From NCBI GenBank assembly GCA_009914755.4, contig CP086569.2, positions 13,376,001 through 13,440,000 on the forward strand: DNA of 64,000 bases, in the 5' to 3' direction. The position numbers and the translations under genes were made by a program. The stretch is from the human T2T-CHM13v2.0 reference genome, Homo sapiens. This document shows, in pieces, positions 59,589-64,000 of this stretch. The notes under the pieces were generated by a model, which was not told the DNA's origin, did not search any database, and saw nothing but the letters and a program-made list of their open reading frames with translations. How positions within the stretch are numbered: the stretch's first letter is position 1; the number at the start of each line of letters is the position of its first letter.

Positions 59589-62549
59589 TTATTGTTTTTA
59601 TTAAGTAAAATGAGGAGAAAAAAGAAAACCACATAGATCAGAATTGTTTTATTTCAGGGAAAATTGTTAATACTTCTATTTGGGTTTTGCCTTAATGTGT
59701 GGCTTAAGTAATTTAACCAGATGAATCTCTAAATACTTGCGGCATTTCATATTGTAAGTCAAGTAGAGAATGGTAAATAGTTAAGATTTTGCTTTTCATG
59801 TCTCCCCTTATTAGTTATCATAAAAGAACTAGAGCTTTATAAGGCATATAATGCATGCTAATAATAACCAAGACATAAAAGTGATGTCTTTAAGATTTAG
59901 TTTGGAAGCATTGGTGGTTTCTCATATAGTAAGACTTATGGAGAATGTTTAGCTTATTTCTTGGTTATTTGGGATATCTATAGTACCTGTGAATGTTGTG
60001 CAGTGGGATCCACACTATACAGGTTAAGTTTATTTTGAGGTTTGAGGAATTGAGAGGTTAGTAATAGCATTTGCAAAGAAGCTTAAATGACTTATTTTTG
60101 TGTGTATTCTGCAAATGGAGTAGACTTAGGAAAAGAGATTTACCCAAACTGGTCGAATTCCTAGTTTACTAATGGATTGGAAGAAGAGTGTTCTGGTGAG
60201 ATTTTAAGAGCAGACCCTGGAAATGTCCTATCTTGAGACTTGAGGGCACAGGGATCTGGGGACAGGTCTTGATGTCTGTTGTCTGGAAGGTGGTGTCCTG
60301 TAAGAGGCAACAGACACCAAGGGCCCCTGGGCCGATATGCCGAGTTCTTAATGAGCTTGGCAGGGCAGGAGGCCTGCATATGGCTTCTGTCCAGTGTGCT
60401 ACTCACCCTTGCAGTTACCTCTAAGGTACAGGTAGATCAGCCCTTTCCAGGTAGAGAAGCCTCCAGAGGCTCTCTTTGCCCACATGGAACACAATGAGCA
60501 GGTCCGCTTTCTGTCCATCCCATCCTTGGCTTTGGCAGCACTGGCACACTGTGATATTCTGCTCTGTACTGGCCACTTTGTTCAGATGGAAACAAACATG
60601 CTTTCAAAGTGTTGCCAAGGTGCAGGGAGAGGTGATGTTGGCTGAGCCATGAGTGGTGGCTGCCCAGTAGCTTATAAAGCTGGAGAAAATGTTGCCTCTT
60701 GAAACTTTTACCTCACGCCCAGCTACCATGAACACCCCTGGGTTCTAAGGTAGGTGAGTCTTTGGGGGAAGAAATGAAGTTCCCAATACAGCCTTGGCTA
60801 TTTCTGCAAAGTGAGGGGCATACTTTATCTGTAAAAAAGCCTGATTTTGTTTTGTTTTAGCATCACTCGCTAATTTATTCACACAAAGAAAGTGCTCCAT
60901 AATGAAAACAACTTCATCCTATGTCTCCGTCCCAAACAGACACACTCACCTCCCACCTGTCCCCAACTGCAAAGATGTGTCTTGGCTATCTCAAGGTACT
61001 TTTAGAACCAAATCCTCATAAAAACAATTTGGAATAGTTGCCTGATAACATGGTTTTATTGCTGAAGAAAGCCTGTTTGTGGCAGTTAGAGTCCAAAGGC
61101 CTTTTGAATTGAATGAAGTGGCATGTTTAAGTAGAGTGCTGAGAAGGATTTGCTGAGCGGTAATCATGACAGCATTGATGGGGATATGAAATGGGCTGAT
61201 CAAATAACTGGGGCAGTTCTGCCATCCAGACTATGTTTCTGTGGGGTAGCCAGCATCATGCACAGGGCAGGTGCCAAGAGTTCTCTCCACCATGGAGGGT
61301 GTTTTGCCATTTTCTCTGCTGGTGGTGGGTGTGCTTGCCTTTAATAATATGGAAAGCAAGATCATTGGTCTGTAGCTTCTAGTAAATAACAAAAAAGAGG
61401 AAGGAACCAGATCTTTCTTCAGTGATTTCACTACTTTGATTTGCTAACTATGACATGATCATTTATTAAATCTAAAGACACAAAGAAAATTTCTCTGGCT
61501 CAATGCTCTTGCAAAGAAAAGGATGCCTCTCACCCTCTTGGTGAGTTGATAAGTGATCAAATAAGGAAAGATTTTTATCAGCCACTTGGCGTATATTGAT
61601 GAACACATGTGAGTGGATGGCTGGCTTACCATAGTGACCACACATGTGTGGTGGTATTTAATAGTTCTCTGAATGTGTACAGATCTGTAGAAAGTTTGCA
61701 GTAAAATCACAGGCTTCCTTTGGAGAAATGTTATTTAATCATTATAGCATTTCACTATTGCCACATTTAGTTAACCTACATTTAACCTACAGTGCCTACA
61801 ACTTTACATTTAAAGGAATTCGTGGACCTTGTTGTTGTTTTTTTTTTCCTGATTTGCCACTCAGTTTCACCTCTTTTCATGATCATGGCTCAACGTTTCT
61901 TTGCTGTGCCATGACTCCAAAGTCTGTTTTACTGGTTACTTTCCCTAAACTTCATATCTCTTCTATATACCCTGTTCCTTGTTTTTGTTTTTATTTTTTT
62001 CTAGGAGGAATATTTTCTTAACTCTTCTAGTACCATGAGTAACCATGGGTCTTGGGAAGGGAATTTGAGGACAAATTGTATAAATATACAGTAAATTGCT
62101 ATGGGCTTTCTGTAGTGAGCAGAATTCCAGAATGGGATAAAGGAGATTGTTTCACATGATCTTCTGCTGGGCAGAGAATTCCAGAAAGGGCTAGGATAGA
62201 TTGTTTCTTTAAATCTCATTCCTTTCCCTTTACATATATTTATATAGCTAGAACCCATTATACACAGCATTTAGATGACAGTAGTTGGCAATCTCTAGTT
62301 GCCTTGTCTTTTTTGTTTTGTTTTGTGTTTGTGGTTTTTTTTTTTTTTTTTGGTGTGGCTTTTGCTATGTTTATACTGATATGTTGACTAAGTGAAACTT
62401 TTTGGCCTTTATTCTTATATCCCTGGTGTTCATTCTTAAGGCTATATAGAACTAGTCATATTAATGATTGTGCACTTGGATATGCTGAGTTTCTTTGCCA
62501 ACAAATTCATTCTGTTGAAACATAGCCAAGAAGCTGTGTAGATGCCCTT

Positions 62550-62884
<335 letters not shown>

Positions 62885-63311
62885 TGAATGAAATGATTAT
62901 TTGACACTTGGGGTATGTTGAACTCAAATGGTTTGGATACCTGGAGAGAGATCTTTTTTTTTTCCTTTTCTTTCTAACAGTAATGGGTTTACCAAAGTGA
63001 AGATTACAGAGGTCAATAGGAAAAAATAAGTCATTGAGGTCTGCTCCACTCCTCTGTTTCATGCCACTCTGTTTGGCCTATGGATTCTGTGGCATTTCTC
63101 TGCAGTCTTTTCTGCTGTAGGACCCAGGTTGCACACCAGAGGCTGAGGACAGAGGTGGGGCACGCTCTTGCTAGGGGAGAGAGGGAGAAGCCTGGTGGGG
63201 CACAGAGCAGCTCTGGGGCTTTCACACCCATGAATGCTGCTGCTGGGCCCTGGTATTTGCTTACAGTAGAGCTCTGATATCTTGTCTCAGTCTCAGCTAC
63301 ATAAGTCATTA

Positions 63312-63815
<504 letters not shown>

Positions 63816-64000
63816 CTAGTTAACATATTGTATGCACTACAAATTGTATTGTACATTATGAATTTGTATTGTATACAAATATGAATGGCATATTTGTATA
63901 CATTCATGTAATGTATGTGAGAAGCACTCCCGCCACATGGCTGTGATCATTCCTTTAGGTCCTGCCTCATGGGAGTTTGCAGGTGAGTGGGCTGAAGAGC

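Noticed and set aside
60675-60760. A TATA-like cttataaag, then an ATG in fair Kozak context at 60727, then a consensus splice donor aag|gtaggtgag
   Set aside because: The ORF is only ATG AAC ACC CCT GGG TTC TAA, which is 6 codons ending in a stop immediately before the donor. There is no downstream reading frame or CpG island, so this is most likely chance motifs.

Overview
This window reads as primate (human-type) nuclear DNA from a repeat-dense, apparently intergenic or intronic region. I could not support any intact cellular protein-coding gene, tRNA, rRNA, CRISPR array or prokaryote-style operon from the sequence, so I found no undescribed gene system of that kind. Nearly every long ORF in the six-frame track falls into one of four classes: Alu read-through, L1 ORF1/ORF2 remnants, degraded endogenous-retrovirus genes (gag, pol, env), or low-complexity translation of microsatellites. 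The main content, in order: (i) 1-9500, a composite cluster of class I (gammaretrovirus-like) ERV remnants, mostly minus-coding, with recognisable gag capsid, integrase C-terminus, env SU, two env transmembrane domains with immunosuppressive-domain-like motifs, and several LTR-like segments. (ii) 9.5-15.4 kb, an Alu-dense block with closely spaced inverted Alu pairs; one Alu is split by a CpG-retaining solo-LTR-like insertion. (iii) Old L1M 3' ends (15.4-16.2, 18.0-18.9, 20.3-20.5 kb), two pyrimidine-rich tracts over 500 bp long (17.2-17.7 and 30.0-30.5 kb), and LTR-like elements (25.0-27.1, 33.9-34.4, 35.3-36.2 kb). (iv) A head-to-tail tandem array of four MLT1-type (MaLR) LTR copies (27.45-28.68 kb). 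(v) A young AluYa5-like insertion with a pure A tail and target-site duplication (29.3-29.65 kb). (vi) Compound GATA/GACA/TACA tetranucleotide STRs (30.6-32.5 kb). (vii) Two copies of an MLT2-like LTR (36.3 and 43.7-46.3 kb); the second is disrupted by a ~2.0 kb almost pure A/T tandem array flanked by (CA)n and by an inverted 40-bp duplicate of host-repeat sequence. (viii) A ~60-bp-unit minisatellite (47.6-48.0 kb). (ix) An older L1PA 3' fragment (39.8-41.0 kb) and a near full-length minus-strand L1PA (50.2-55.9 kb) carrying an in-frame 24-bp triplication in ORF1 and a shortened 5'UTR. (x) 31 Alu copies in total. Family names and coordinates come from reading the sequence and from remembered consensus sequences. 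They should be confirmed with RepeatMasker/Dfam and a BLAT placement on the human assembly.
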